Assembly: GCA_947626155.1 (NCBI GenBank)
Contig: CANQRC010000003.1
Span: 1-47,092 of the forward strand
DNA: 47,092 bases
Source: an uncultured Clostridia bacterium
Lineage (GTDB): Bacteria; Bacillota; Clostridia; Christensenellales; UBA1242
Direction: 5' to 3'
Shown: positions 1 to 8,456 of the stretch, piece after piece
Layout of the letters: each line of letters starts with the position of its first letter
Position numbering within the stretch: the stretch's first letter is position 1
Translations under genes and position numbers: made by a program
The notes under the pieces: generated by a model
What the model saw: only the letters and a program-made list of their open reading frames with translations
Database searches by the model: none
What the model was told of the DNA's origin: nothing

Positions 1-837
1 CCGGGCACTTTTGATGGAAACATAGATGGAAACGGACACACAATAACCTACCATTCAAACAATGTTGTGGACCTTAAAGATACAATTGTTGTTTCAAGAG
101 AAGATACACTTTTTCACCTTTCAACAGAGAACGACAGCACATTTTCAAAAGGTAGCGCTTTGTTTGAAACCTTGTCAAGTGCCAGCACAATCTCTTCATT
201 AAAACTTAAAGTTTCATTCAAAGTGAAAGGGGATAACAACTATCAAAATTGGTTTAGAACAAACTTGCTTCTTGCTGGGCTTGCCATTGAAAACAGAGGA
301 CACATTGACGGAGTTGAACTGGTTGAGTTGTCCACTGGCTTCTATGCGCAAGGCCACCAAAGCCAAACAGTTATAACTGCCTATGGTGGAATTGTTGGAA
401 GAAATTATGGCGAATCTGCCGAAATTAAAAATTGCAAAATATCTGCACCAATTCAGTTCTTTGATTTGGGCTACAAAATGGCAATTTTCTACGGCGGAGT
501 TGCTGCGTTTAATTATTCAAAGATAAGCACCTGCGACGCCAATAACAAAATCACACTTTCCTTTACAAGTCCTGACAGCAGCATTGCTCAAATTGGGGGC
601 ATTGCTTGCTCTAGCACAAGCGCTTCAACCTCAGTTATTGATAAATGCACCTCTTCATTTAATGTCAATATATCCTGCAGCGCCGGGCTGTGCAAGGGAA
701 ATATTGCCGGCGTTGTTGTGTGCGGAAGAGGAAAAGTTGAAGTGGACGAGACAAAAATAACAGCCACAATGAGCCCAGACACTTTTGATGGCGTTAAATT
801 TAGCAAAGTTAACTGTTACAACGGCGGAAGAGGTTAA
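1..837 (+). CDS. C-terminal part of a GLUG-like beta-helix repeat surface protein (5' end outside window)
   Basis: Frame 1 is open from nt 1 (PGTFDGNIDGNGHTITY...) to TAA at 835-837. The FDGN-x-DGNGHTI motif and the following glycine rungs (YGGIVGRNY, YGGVAAFNY, IGGIACSS, IAGVVVCG) match the head+rung pattern at the N-terminus of the giant ORF. Confidence 0.6.
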   Translation, partial: PGTFDGNIDGNGHTITYHSNNVVDLKDTIVVSREDTLFHLSTENDSTFSKGSALFETLSSASTISSLKLKVSFKVKGDNNYQNWFRTNLLLAGLAIENRGHIDGVELVELSTGFYAQGHQSQTVITAYGGIVGRNYGESAEIKNCKISAPIQFFDLGYKMAIFYGGVAAFNYSKISTCDANNKITLSFTSPDSSIAQIGGIACSSTSASTSVIDKCTSSFNVNISCSAGLCKGNIAGVVVCGRGKVEVDETKITATMSPDTFDGVKFSKVNCYNGGRG

Positions 838-876
838 TTTGGAATAGATAACAATAAAAAAGAGTATAAATAGAAT

Positions 877-1719
877 GTGAAAAAATATGTTTATGCTCTT
901 TTTTTATGCCTTGTTTGCTGCGTCTTTTGCCTTTCGGGATGCGGTCAGGCAAGCGTGCCAGGTGAGATTTTTGAGAAAAACGCTTTTAGAATTTTGAGGC
1001 AAGTTGACGGGGAGGGGAAGATAACGCTCTCATACATTTTCCCCGTGAATAGTGAGAAACTTGAAAAGTTAGATTTTGACGAGACGGATGTTAAAATTTA
1101 CAAATTTTATCTCTCAAACTTTGTCTCTACTTTGGCGGAGAAATATAAAGAAAATGCAAATGACGGCACAAAAATTTCAAGATGCGTCTACTACACCGAT
1201 GTTGACGGCGTGGGCTTTTCTATTGAGTTTGCCTCTTTGCAGGCACAAAAGGATTTTTTCAAAGTTGACGAGAATGAGCAGACCGATTTAAACACAAAAA
1301 CTTCAGGATTTTTCATTAAAAAAGTGAAAATAAACACCGCTTTTCCAATTTCCAGCAAACAGTCCGCAGAGAACATCAAGGATGTATGCAAATTGGCAAT
1401 TCAAACTTGGACAGGGCAAAATCAGATTGAAAAAGAAAAGAGCGCCGCTTTTGCAGCCATTCTTGACGAGAGCCTTTTCATTTATGACACGGCTTCCGCA
1501 AACAACACCCTAAAATCCGAGGTTATGTATGAGGGAAAGGGGCTGAAACACAATGTTTTTATCAAGTCCCAAGACCAGATGGGTGACAACTGCGAAATTG
1601 AATATTTTGTCACCTATCCAAACACGCCAATTTGGTATTTGGCGGCACTTTTGCTTGTTCCAATTGGTATGGCGGCGGCGTATTTTTATCTTAAAAACAA
1701 AAAATTGAAGAAAAATTAA
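877..1719 (+). CDS. putative lipoprotein with C-terminal TM helix, unknown function
   Basis: GTG start. N-terminus MKKYVYALFLCLVCCVFCLSGCGQ has a signal peptide with an L-S-G-C lipobox. C-terminus WYLAALLLVPIGMAAAYFYL is hydrophobic and followed by KNKKLKK. Confidence 0.6.
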   Translation: MKKYVYALFLCLVCCVFCLSGCGQASVPGEIFEKNAFRILRQVDGEGKITLSYIFPVNSEKLEKLDFDETDVKIYKFYLSNFVSTLAEKYKENANDGTKISRCVYYTDVDGVGFSIEFASLQAQKDFFKVDENEQTDLNTKTSGFFIKKVKINTAFPISSKQSAENIKDVCKLAIQTWTGQNQIEKEKSAAFAAILDESLFIYDTASANNTLKSEVMYEGKGLKHNVFIKSQDQMGDNCEIEYFVTYPNTPIWYLAALLLVPIGMAAAYFYLKNKKLKKN

Positions 1720-1760
1720 CAAATTTTGGCGGCTAAATAGCCCATTTTTGCCCAAAAGTC

Positions 1761-1789
1761 TTGTGTTTTTTCTTTTTTAGTGCTATACT
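1761..1789 (+). promoter_or_regulatory. candidate sigma-A-type promoter for typA
   Basis: TTGTGT (1761-1766), 17-nt spacer, TGcTATACT (extended -10, hexamer 1784-1789). It is followed by a ~20-nt leader with an AGGAAG SD before ATG 1816. Confidence 0.4.
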
Positions 1790-1815
1790 ATATAAGTTGT
1801 AAAAAAGGAAGAATT

Positions 1816-3648
1816 ATGAAAAACGAAAACATAAGAAATGTGGCAATCATTGCCCACGTAGACCACGGCAAGACTTCTCTTGTTAACGAAATGCTTAAAC
1901 AAGGAAATGTTTTTAGAGAAAATCAGGTTGTTGAAGATAGAGTTATGGACAGCAACGCGCTTGAAAGAGAAAGAGGAATCACCATTCTCTCAAAAAACAC
2001 TTCTTGCTTTTATAATGGCATAAAAATCAACGTTGTTGACACCCCAGGCCACGCCGACTTTGGCGGAGAGGTTGAAAGGGTGCTGAAAATGGTTGACGGT
2101 GTTTTGCTTGTTGTTGACGCCTTCGAGGGCCCTATGCCACAAACAAGATTTGTGCTTGAAAAGGCGCTTGCGCTTAAACTTAAAGTTGTTGTGGTGATAA
2201 ACAAAATTGACCGCCCAGACGCAAGAATAAAAGAGGTGATTGACGAGGTTTTGGAACTGTTTTTGGAGCTTGACGCCGATGACGACCAACTTAACTCTCC
2301 ATTTGTTTTTGCCTCTGCAAGAATGGGCGTCGCATCCACTGACCCCGACCAAAAAGGCACAGACATGAAGCCTCTTTTTGAGACACTTATCAAACACATT
2401 CCTGCTCCAGAGGGCGAGGCGGACAAGCCATTAAAACTTTTGATTTCCTCCGCCGAACACAACGATTATGTTGGAAAACTTGCCGTTGGAAAGGTTGAAA
2501 GAGGAAGCATTAAAGTTGGGCAAAATGTTGTTGTTTGCAACTATCACGACCCTGCAAAAAAAGTCAGGTCAAAAATTGTCAGCCTGTTTGTTTATGAGGG
2601 CTTGAAGCGTGTGCCTGTGGAAAGCGCAACTGTGGGCGAAATTGTCTGTGTTGCCGGGCTTGAAGATGTTACAATTGGCGACACAATCTGCGAGGAAGAG
2701 GCAATTGAGCCTATTGAATTTGTGAAAATTGCCGAGCCAAGCGTTGAGATGACCTTCATGGTCAACGACAGCCCATTCGCGGGAAAAGAGGGCAAGTTTG
2801 TCACGTCCCGTCACCTTCGCGATAGGCTTTACAAAGAGGCGGTCAAAGATTTGTCACTTCGCGTCACTGACGGCGACACTGCGGAAAAGTTTAAAGTTTG
2901 CGGAAGGGGCGAAATGCACCTTTCAATCCTTATTGAAAACATGAGAAGAGACGGCTACGAATTTCAGGTCAGCCAGCCAAAAGTTTTGATTAAAGAAATT
3001 GATGGCGTTAAGTGTGAGCCAATTGACAGGCTTTTCTTGGATGTCCCTGAGGACTGCGTGGGCGTGGTCATGAACAAAATGGGCGTGAGAAAAGGCGAAC
3101 TTCAAGGCATGACGCCTCATGGAAGCCGCATGAGAATGGAATTTTTAATTCCTTCAAGAGGACTTTTTGGCTTCAAGTCAGAATTTCTCACCGACACAAG
3201 GGGCGAGGGGATAATCAACTCTATCTTTTACGACTATGAACCTTACAAGGGCGAAATCAACCGCCGCGAATTTGGCGCACTGATTGCTCACGAGACGGGA
3301 AAGGCAATTGTCTATGGCCTTTACAACGCTCAGGAGCGCGGCGAACTCTTCATTGGCGCGGGCGTGGACGTCTATGGCGGAATGGTTGTGGGCGCGAACC
3401 CAAAAGGCGGAGATATTGTTGTGAATGTCTGCAAGACAAAACACCTTTCAAACTGCCGTGCGTCTGGCTCTGACGACGCTTTGAGGCTGACCCCTCCAAG
3501 GCTTATGAGTTTGGAAGATTGCATAGAATTTTTGGGCGACGACGAATATTTGGAAGTCACGCCAAAAAATATTAGAATAAGAAAAATTATTCTCGACCAC
3601 AATATGCGTTTGCGTGAGCGCGGAAAGATGCTTAGGGGCGAAATTTAA
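1816..3648 (+). CDS. typA: translational GTPase TypA/BipA
   Basis: [22 protein letters not shown] (G1), [14 protein letters not shown] (G3), NKIDR (G4), 610 aa, colinear with the EF-G-like TypA layout. ATG at 1816 with an AGGAAG SD is preferred over the track's GTG at 1780. Confidence 0.95.
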   Translation: MKNENIRNVAIIAHVDHGKTSLVNEMLKQGNVFRENQVVEDRVMDSNALERERGITILSKNTSCFYNGIKINVVDTPGHADFGGEVERVLKMVDGVLLVVDAFEGPMPQTRFVLEKALALKLKVVVVINKIDRPDARIKEVIDEVLELFLELDADDDQLNSPFVFASARMGVASTDPDQKGTDMKPLFETLIKHIPAPEGEADKPLKLLISSAEHNDYVGKLAVGKVERGSIKVGQNVVVCNYHDPAKKVRSKIVSLFVYEGLKRVPVESATVGEIVCVAGLEDVTIGDTICEEEAIEPIEFVKIAEPSVEMTFMVNDSPFAGKEGKFVTSRHLRDRLYKEAVKDLSLRVTDGDTAEKFKVCGRGEMHLSILIENMRRDGYEFQVSQPKVLIKEIDGVKCEPIDRLFLDVPEDCVGVVMNKMGVRKGELQGMTPHGSRMRMEFLIPSRGLFGFKSEFLTDTRGEGIINSIFYDYEPYKGEINRREFGALIAHETGKAIVYGLYNAQERGELFIGAGVDVYGGMVVGANPKGGDIVVNVCKTKHLSNCRASGSDDALRLTPPRLMSLEDCIEFLGDDEYLEVTPKNIRIRKIILDHNMRLRERGKMLRGEI

Positions 3649-3660
3649 CAAATGAGATAA

Positions 3661-3695
3661 AATAGCGTAAAAAATTGACTTTTATGCTATTTTTT
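3661..3695 (+). terminator. candidate intrinsic terminator after typA
   Basis: AATAGCGTAAAA (3661-3672) pairs with TTTTATGCTATT (3680-3691), with one G-U wobble. The loop is AATTGAC and a T-run follows. The stem is AT-rich, so the hairpin is only moderately strong. Confidence 0.4.
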
Positions 3696-3703
3696 GTTAT
3701 AAT
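3675..3703 (+). promoter_or_regulatory. near-consensus promoter, leaderless layout (C45 hydrolase gene)
   Basis: TTGACT (3675-3680), 17 nt, TGtTATAAT (hexamer 3698-3703), then 6 nt (aaaagc), then ATG 3710. No SD. Confidence 0.6.
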
Positions 3704-3709
3704 AAAAGC

Positions 3710-4753
3710 ATGAAAAGGTGGAATGTAAAATATAAGTTTGACACAATTCCAACAATCAAGGGCAACGACTATGAAATTGGCTTCGCCCTTGGTGAACTTT
3801 TTCGTGGCGAATATAAAAAACTGAAAAAATTTGAAAAACAACTCAGGGACCCAAGGGTGGAGGAATATATTTCTTGGCTTTTGCCAACCTTGCGAAGAAA
3901 TTGCCGCCCAGCCTATGACGAAATGTGCGGAAGGGCAGACGGGGCAAAGATTGACATCAAAATTGTTGCTCTCAGCCTCTGCCAAACAGAATTAAGAGGA
4001 ATAATTTCTGAGGATTGCACAACAATCATGGTTTCCGCTCCAAAAAACAGCCTGCTGGCGCATAATGAAGACGGCGCTTATGAAAAATACAACATGAGAG
4101 TTGTTAAAATTGAAAGACAAAAAAGTTGCGCCCATTATGAAATTGCCTGCGCGCGCTTTCTTTCCACTTCCACATTTTTTGTTTCAAAAAATTTGGTTTA
4201 TTCAATGAATTCTCTTGCAACAAACAAAGTTGACATAAAAAGTATGCCAACATACTGTTTTAGAAAACTGCTTGCGTGCTGCAAAACCTTTGAAGAACTT
4301 TTGGAAGTTGTAAAAAACACGCCAATAACAACCGCGGTTGGAATAAATGTGTGCGACGTCAAGAGCAAAAAGTTTTATTACATAGAAAAAGTGCTTGACG
4401 GATTTGACATAAAGCCAATTGAGGGAATAAACCTGCACACAAATCACATTTTGGCAAAGAAATTTTTGAAGTTCAGGCCAGACCGCTTACGCAAGGTTTC
4501 CACTTCGCTTTCAAGGTACACCATTGCAAAAAGCATAATAGGTGACAAAACAGACATGGGCGTGGACGAGGCTTTTAAGACCTTAACCTATTACAATACT
4601 TGTGACTTCAATTCGGTTATGGTGAAGGGCAATACGGGCTGCCACAGCAAAACTTTTGGCACATATATTTTGGATTTAAACAACAAATTAAGTTGTTTGT
4701 ATGTTCACAATAAGAAGAAAACAGTCTTCGACTTTGATTTGCCTAAATTTTAA
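3710..4753 (+). CDS. C45-family (acyl-CoA:6-aminopenicillanic-acid acyltransferase-like) Ntn hydrolase
   Basis: N-terminal G-x-x-YEIGFALGE motif, a candidate nucleophile Cys103 in SED-CTTIMV, and a downstream LLAHNEDG motif. The size of 347 aa is typical for the family. Confidence 0.55.
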   Translation: MKRWNVKYKFDTIPTIKGNDYEIGFALGELFRGEYKKLKKFEKQLRDPRVEEYISWLLPTLRRNCRPAYDEMCGRADGAKIDIKIVALSLCQTELRGIISEDCTTIMVSAPKNSLLAHNEDGAYEKYNMRVVKIERQKSCAHYEIACARFLSTSTFFVSKNLVYSMNSLATNKVDIKSMPTYCFRKLLACCKTFEELLEVVKNTPITTAVGINVCDVKSKKFYYIEKVLDGFDIKPIEGINLHTNHILAKKFLKFRPDRLRKVSTSLSRYTIAKSIIGDKTDMGVDEAFKTLTYYNTCDFNSVMVKGNTGCHSKTFGTYILDLNNKLSCLYVHNKKKTVFDFDLPKF

Positions 4754-4765
4754 TTAAAATATAAA

Positions 4766-4794
4766 TTGACAAAATTCAATTTTGTTGTTATACT
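4766..4794 (+). promoter_or_regulatory. near-consensus promoter, leaderless layout (head of dnaB unit)
   Basis: TTGACA (4766-4771), 17 nt, TGtTATACT (hexamer 4789-4794), then 6 nt (tgtgat), then ATG 4801. No SD. Confidence 0.55.
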
Positions 4795-4800
4795 TGTGAT

Positions 4801-5052
4801 ATGATTAACTCTGAAAAGCAACTTCTAAAAAAAAGGATTAAAAGATTGGGGCTCTTTCTTTTAGTTGTTTTTTTGCCGATGGTTGTCATTTCCACTCTTA
4901 TGGCGCTTTATGTTAAAGAGGAGTGGCTAAACATTTTTGTGTGCGTTTTAATCCTTTTCATTTTGTTTGGAATTTATCTTTTTCTTTTAGAAAAATTGGA
5001 CAAGAAAAAAGAAGCGCGCTTGAAGGGCAAGAAAGACCCTTTTTCGGACTGA
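4801..5052 (+). CDS. small two-TM membrane protein, unknown function
   Basis: 83 aa with two hydrophobic stretches (LGLFLLVVFLPMVVISTLMALYV and IFVCVLILFILFGIYLFLL) flanked by basic residues. It sits directly after the promoter and 12 nt before dnaB. Confidence 0.5.
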   Translation: MINSEKQLLKKRIKRLGLFLLVVFLPMVVISTLMALYVKEEWLNIFVCVLILFILFGIYLFLLEKLDKKKEARLKGKKDPFSD

Positions 5053-5064
5053 CGGAGGAAAAAT

Positions 5065-6423
5065 ATGGCAGATTACAGAATTTTACCAAATAGTTTGGAG
5101 ACAGAGCAGACCATTCTTGGGTGCGTGCTTTTGGACGCCGACGCTCAGGTTCAAATTTTGTCAAAGTGCTCGGTGGACGATTTTTATTCCGAGGCCCACA
5201 GAAACATCTTTGACAGCATGACAAAAATTTACAATAAGTCAATTCCTGTTGACTTTGTTACGCTTTCAAACCAACTTGAAGTTGACAAAAAGTTGGAAGC
5301 GGTTGGCGGAATTGATTATTTGACCTTTTTGACAAACTTTGTGCCATCTGCCGCGAACTACAACCACTATTTGACAATTTTAAAAAACAACTCACTTAGA
5401 AGACACCTTATTTCTCAGGCGAATGAAATCATCACAAACACCTTTGATAGCGAATCCGCTGAGGACGCAATGCAGTTTGCCGAGAAGAAAATTTTTGACC
5501 TTTCGCAAAAAGAAACCTCTTCCGAACTTGAACTTATTGGAAAGCAGGGCGGCACGCTTACAAATGTTTTGAAAAAGATGTCTGAACTTGCCGAGAACAA
5601 GGGAAAATACAGGGGAATTCCAACCGGCTATAAAGATTTTGATGAAATCACAAGCGGGCTTCAAAACAGCGACCTGATTTTGCTTGCGGCAAGGCCGGGC
5701 GTGGGAAAAACCTCTTTTGCAATGAACATTGCGGTGAACAGCGCAATAAACGAGGGCAAAAAAGTGGCAATTTTCTCTTTGGAAATGTCAAGGGAACAAC
5801 TTGTGCAAAGGTCGCTTTCGTCACTTGCGAAAGTCAACTTAAAACACGTCCTCTCTGGCGACATGGATGCTGACGAGTGGAAGCGCGTTTGGACGGCGGA
5901 GAAAAAACTTGCCGAGGCGTCAATTTTTGTTGACGACAGCTCACTCATCACGCCATTTTCAATTATAAGCAAGTGTCGAAAACTGAAAATGACCGAGGGG
6001 CTTGACCTTATTGTTATTGACTATCTTCAACTTATGACCATGGGCAAACAGAACCGCGAAAGCAGAACTCAAGAGGTCAGCGACCTTACAAGAACGCTTA
6101 AAATTGCGGCAAAAGAGTTGAATGTTCCTGTTGTGGTGTTGTCACAACTTTCGCGTGCAGTGGAAATGCGTGAAGACCACAGACCTGTGCTTTCAGACCT
6201 TAGAGAAAGCGGCTCAATAGAGCAGGATGCGGACATCGTGCTTTTCTTATACAACCCAGAAAAGTATTCAGACACCGCAGTTGAGGAAGAGCCTGGCACG
6301 GTTTATCTTCTCATCTCAAAGCACAGAAGTGGAAGCACGGGCGAAGTTAAGTTGAAGTGGGTTGGCGAATATACAACATTCTTAAACTTTGGCGACAAAG
6401 TTAAGGTTGAAGAGCAGCAATAA
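5065..6423 (+). CDS. dnaB: replicative DNA helicase DnaB
   Basis: N-terminal PNSLETEQTILGCVLLD motif, Walker A ARPGVGKTSFAMNIA, SLEMS, and DYLQLM/SRELK-like motifs (VIDYLQLM, EVSDLTRTLKIAAKELNVPVVVLSQLSR). GGAGGA SD upstream. Confidence 0.95.
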   Translation: MADYRILPNSLETEQTILGCVLLDADAQVQILSKCSVDDFYSEAHRNIFDSMTKIYNKSIPVDFVTLSNQLEVDKKLEAVGGIDYLTFLTNFVPSAANYNHYLTILKNNSLRRHLISQANEIITNTFDSESAEDAMQFAEKKIFDLSQKETSSELELIGKQGGTLTNVLKKMSELAENKGKYRGIPTGYKDFDEITSGLQNSDLILLAARPGVGKTSFAMNIAVNSAINEGKKVAIFSLEMSREQLVQRSLSSLAKVNLKHVLSGDMDADEWKRVWTAEKKLAEASIFVDDSSLITPFSIISKCRKLKMTEGLDLIVIDYLQLMTMGKQNRESRTQEVSDLTRTLKIAAKELNVPVVVLSQLSRAVEMREDHRPVLSDLRESGSIEQDADIVLFLYNPEKYSDTAVEEEPGTVYLLISKHRSGSTGEVKLKWVGEYTTFLNFGDKVKVEEQQ

Positions 6424-6434
6424 ATGGAGGAAAA

Positions 6435-7301
6435 ATGAAAAAAGGAAAGTGGTTTATAATACTTGCAATCATTGTGGTTTTGGCAGTTGTGCTTACAATT
6501 GTGTTTATAAATTTGTTCACTCCAAAATACACAACCGAACTTGCAAATCAAATAACCTCAATGGCGCAGACGGGCTATTTGGATGAAAAAAACGCAAATT
6601 ATTTGGAAATCAAGGCGTTTTTGGAGCAACAAAAAGACAACCCAGACATAAATGACGAGAAAGACAAGGAAAGAATGGAAAACTATTTGAATTCTTACAA
6701 TGCATTTGTGGTGATGGCAGAATTCTACAGCCGAGAGATGCTTTTCACAAGGCACACAAGTGTGTATGAAAGCAATAAGGATTCCATTATAAAATCATTG
6801 AGCAGCGCAAACAAGTCTGCCGCAGAACTTGCCACTTACTTTAGCAAGAATAAGGATGAGCATCAGCAATATAGGGCGGAGGCTTGGAACACGAAAAAAG
6901 CGCAACTCAAATCTTGGTTCGACAACACTTGCAACGCCTTTGTAAGGCTTTCAAGCATTTACACTTCGTGCGTAACATCGGCAATGATGAACAACGAGAT
7001 GTCCAGGGCGGTTTTCAAAGTTACAAACTATTGGCTAGCACAAACAAAGGCAGAAATTGAAACAGACGAAAGGTCATCCACAATCTCAGGCGTGTTTTTG
7101 AAAAATATTGCCAACGCATATTACACAAAAGAAAACGCTTGGCGAATTTATAATGTGGAGTATGACCAGGCCGCTCTTGCCACAGCAAAGGAAATAAACG
7201 AGGCCGAGGATTTGTCAACTATCAAGACGAAACTTCAAAACTTTACGCAAGGGAATGTTTATTCGGCGAGTGCTGGCGTGTCTGTGGAGGTGATGGCATG
7301 A
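6435..7301 (+). CDS. N-terminally membrane-anchored protein, unknown function
   Basis: MKKGKWFIILAIIVVLAVVLTIVFINLF is a signal-anchor. GGAGGA SD. The remainder is helical and polar. Confidence 0.6.
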   Translation: MKKGKWFIILAIIVVLAVVLTIVFINLFTPKYTTELANQITSMAQTGYLDEKNANYLEIKAFLEQQKDNPDINDEKDKERMENYLNSYNAFVVMAEFYSREMLFTRHTSVYESNKDSIIKSLSSANKSAAELATYFSKNKDEHQQYRAEAWNTKKAQLKSWFDNTCNAFVRLSSIYTSCVTSAMMNNEMSRAVFKVTNYWLAQTKAEIETDERSSTISGVFLKNIANAYYTKENAWRIYNVEYDQAALATAKEINEAEDLSTIKTKLQNFTQGNVYSASAGVSVEVMA

Positions 7302-8446
7302 AAAAGAAGAGTATTTTGCTTTGTTTAGTTTTGTGTCTTGCGACGGTGTTTGGTGTTTTGGGGTTGACCGGATGTGGCGAAACATCCATTGTGGCCGTGC
7401 AGGCGTCGTTTAAAAACTTAGAGAAGAGATATGAAGACTTTAAAGACGTTTTTGTCACAGAAAAACATGAGGGGGTTGTTGACGGAGGGCTTCAATATGG
7501 CTTGACTGTAAAACTTGGAGAAAACATATTGGCTCAAGAGGAAGACGGATACGCGGTTTTGTCAAGCACCTATAAAGAAATCTTGGAGATTTCCAACGAC
7601 TATGTTTTGTCAAACAAAGAATATTTTGACGGTCTTACCGACAAACAACTTTCTAAAAATTCACAGAACGCCTTAAAAAATGTGAATGATGCGCTTGGCT
7701 CTTATATCTCAGAAATTCCAACCTTTGTTTCAAAAATGAAAGATTTTGATAAAAAACTTGGAATTCTTGAAGATGAAAACGGAACAATATTGCCTGAGAA
7801 CAAGGAAAGCGAGAGGCTTTTGCTGTTGACTTTTAAGAAAGAATATGGAATTCTTGTTTCCAAAAACATAAATTTGGCATCTGCAATTGCAAACTTTGTT
7901 GAAAGCACCGGAGTCTTCAATGTTATAAAAGAAAATGCGCCAGGAAAGAACAATTTTATCACGCTTAAAAATTATATTAGAATAAAACTTCTTCCTATTT
8001 TCAGCGTGTATCGCCTGGACAGAATTGAAAATGTATATAATTTTTCTTCAACCATGGCCGACCAAGGAGATGCCTACGAAAAAGTTAATAATCAACTTAA
8101 AAAACTTGATGATTTGTTTGGAACGTTTAAAGCCAAACTTTTAAATTCTAAAGTTAAAGATATAGGTGAAGATGTTGAAGCCAACACAAAGCTTTTCAAT
8201 CAAATTTTTGAAAAAGCAAACAAATTTTTCACAGCAGAGGCAAATTATCTTTCTGCTTTGCACGACATAGATTTTCACGCGCTTTCCGAAATGGATTACA
8301 GCACCGAAAAATACAGCGCTAAAAATGGCAAGTTTAAAAGAGAAATGGAAATAATTGACATTTTTCTTGGAAGCAATGAAGCGCAAAATAGCGGAATGCT
8401 TATGAGTTTTACCAGCTCAGTTTGCGCGGACTTTGGAATAAATTAA
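7298..8446 (+). CDS. putative lipoprotein, unknown function
   Basis: MKKKSILLCLVLCLATVFGVLGLTGCGE has a signal peptide with an L-T-G-C lipobox. There is a 4-nt ATGA overlap with the preceding ORF. Confidence 0.65.
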   Translation: MKKKSILLCLVLCLATVFGVLGLTGCGETSIVAVQASFKNLEKRYEDFKDVFVTEKHEGVVDGGLQYGLTVKLGENILAQEEDGYAVLSSTYKEILEISNDYVLSNKEYFDGLTDKQLSKNSQNALKNVNDALGSYISEIPTFVSKMKDFDKKLGILEDENGTILPENKESERLLLLTFKKEYGILVSKNINLASAIANFVESTGVFNVIKENAPGKNNFITLKNYIRIKLLPIFSVYRLDRIENVYNFSSTMADQGDAYEKVNNQLKKLDDLFGTFKAKLLNSKVKDIGEDVEANTKLFNQIFEKANKFFTAEANYLSALHDIDFHALSEMDYSTEKYSAKNGKFKREMEIIDIFLGSNEAQNSGMLMSFTSSVCADFGIN

Positions 8447-8456
8447 AAGAGGAATT

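Noticed and set aside
1780-1815. N-terminal extensions in the ORF track: 1780 for typA, 11459 TTG for the giant gene, 30068 TTG for uppP, 30819 for the ATPase, 37988 GTG for tatD, 40631 TTG for the orphan, 42540 for the 157-aa ORF, 43826 for hup and 44717 for the Cys-rich ORF.
   Set aside because: In each case a downstream start has a proper SD or the leaderless promoter geometry and coincides with the conserved family N-terminus. The extensions overlap promoters, terminators or the preceding gene.
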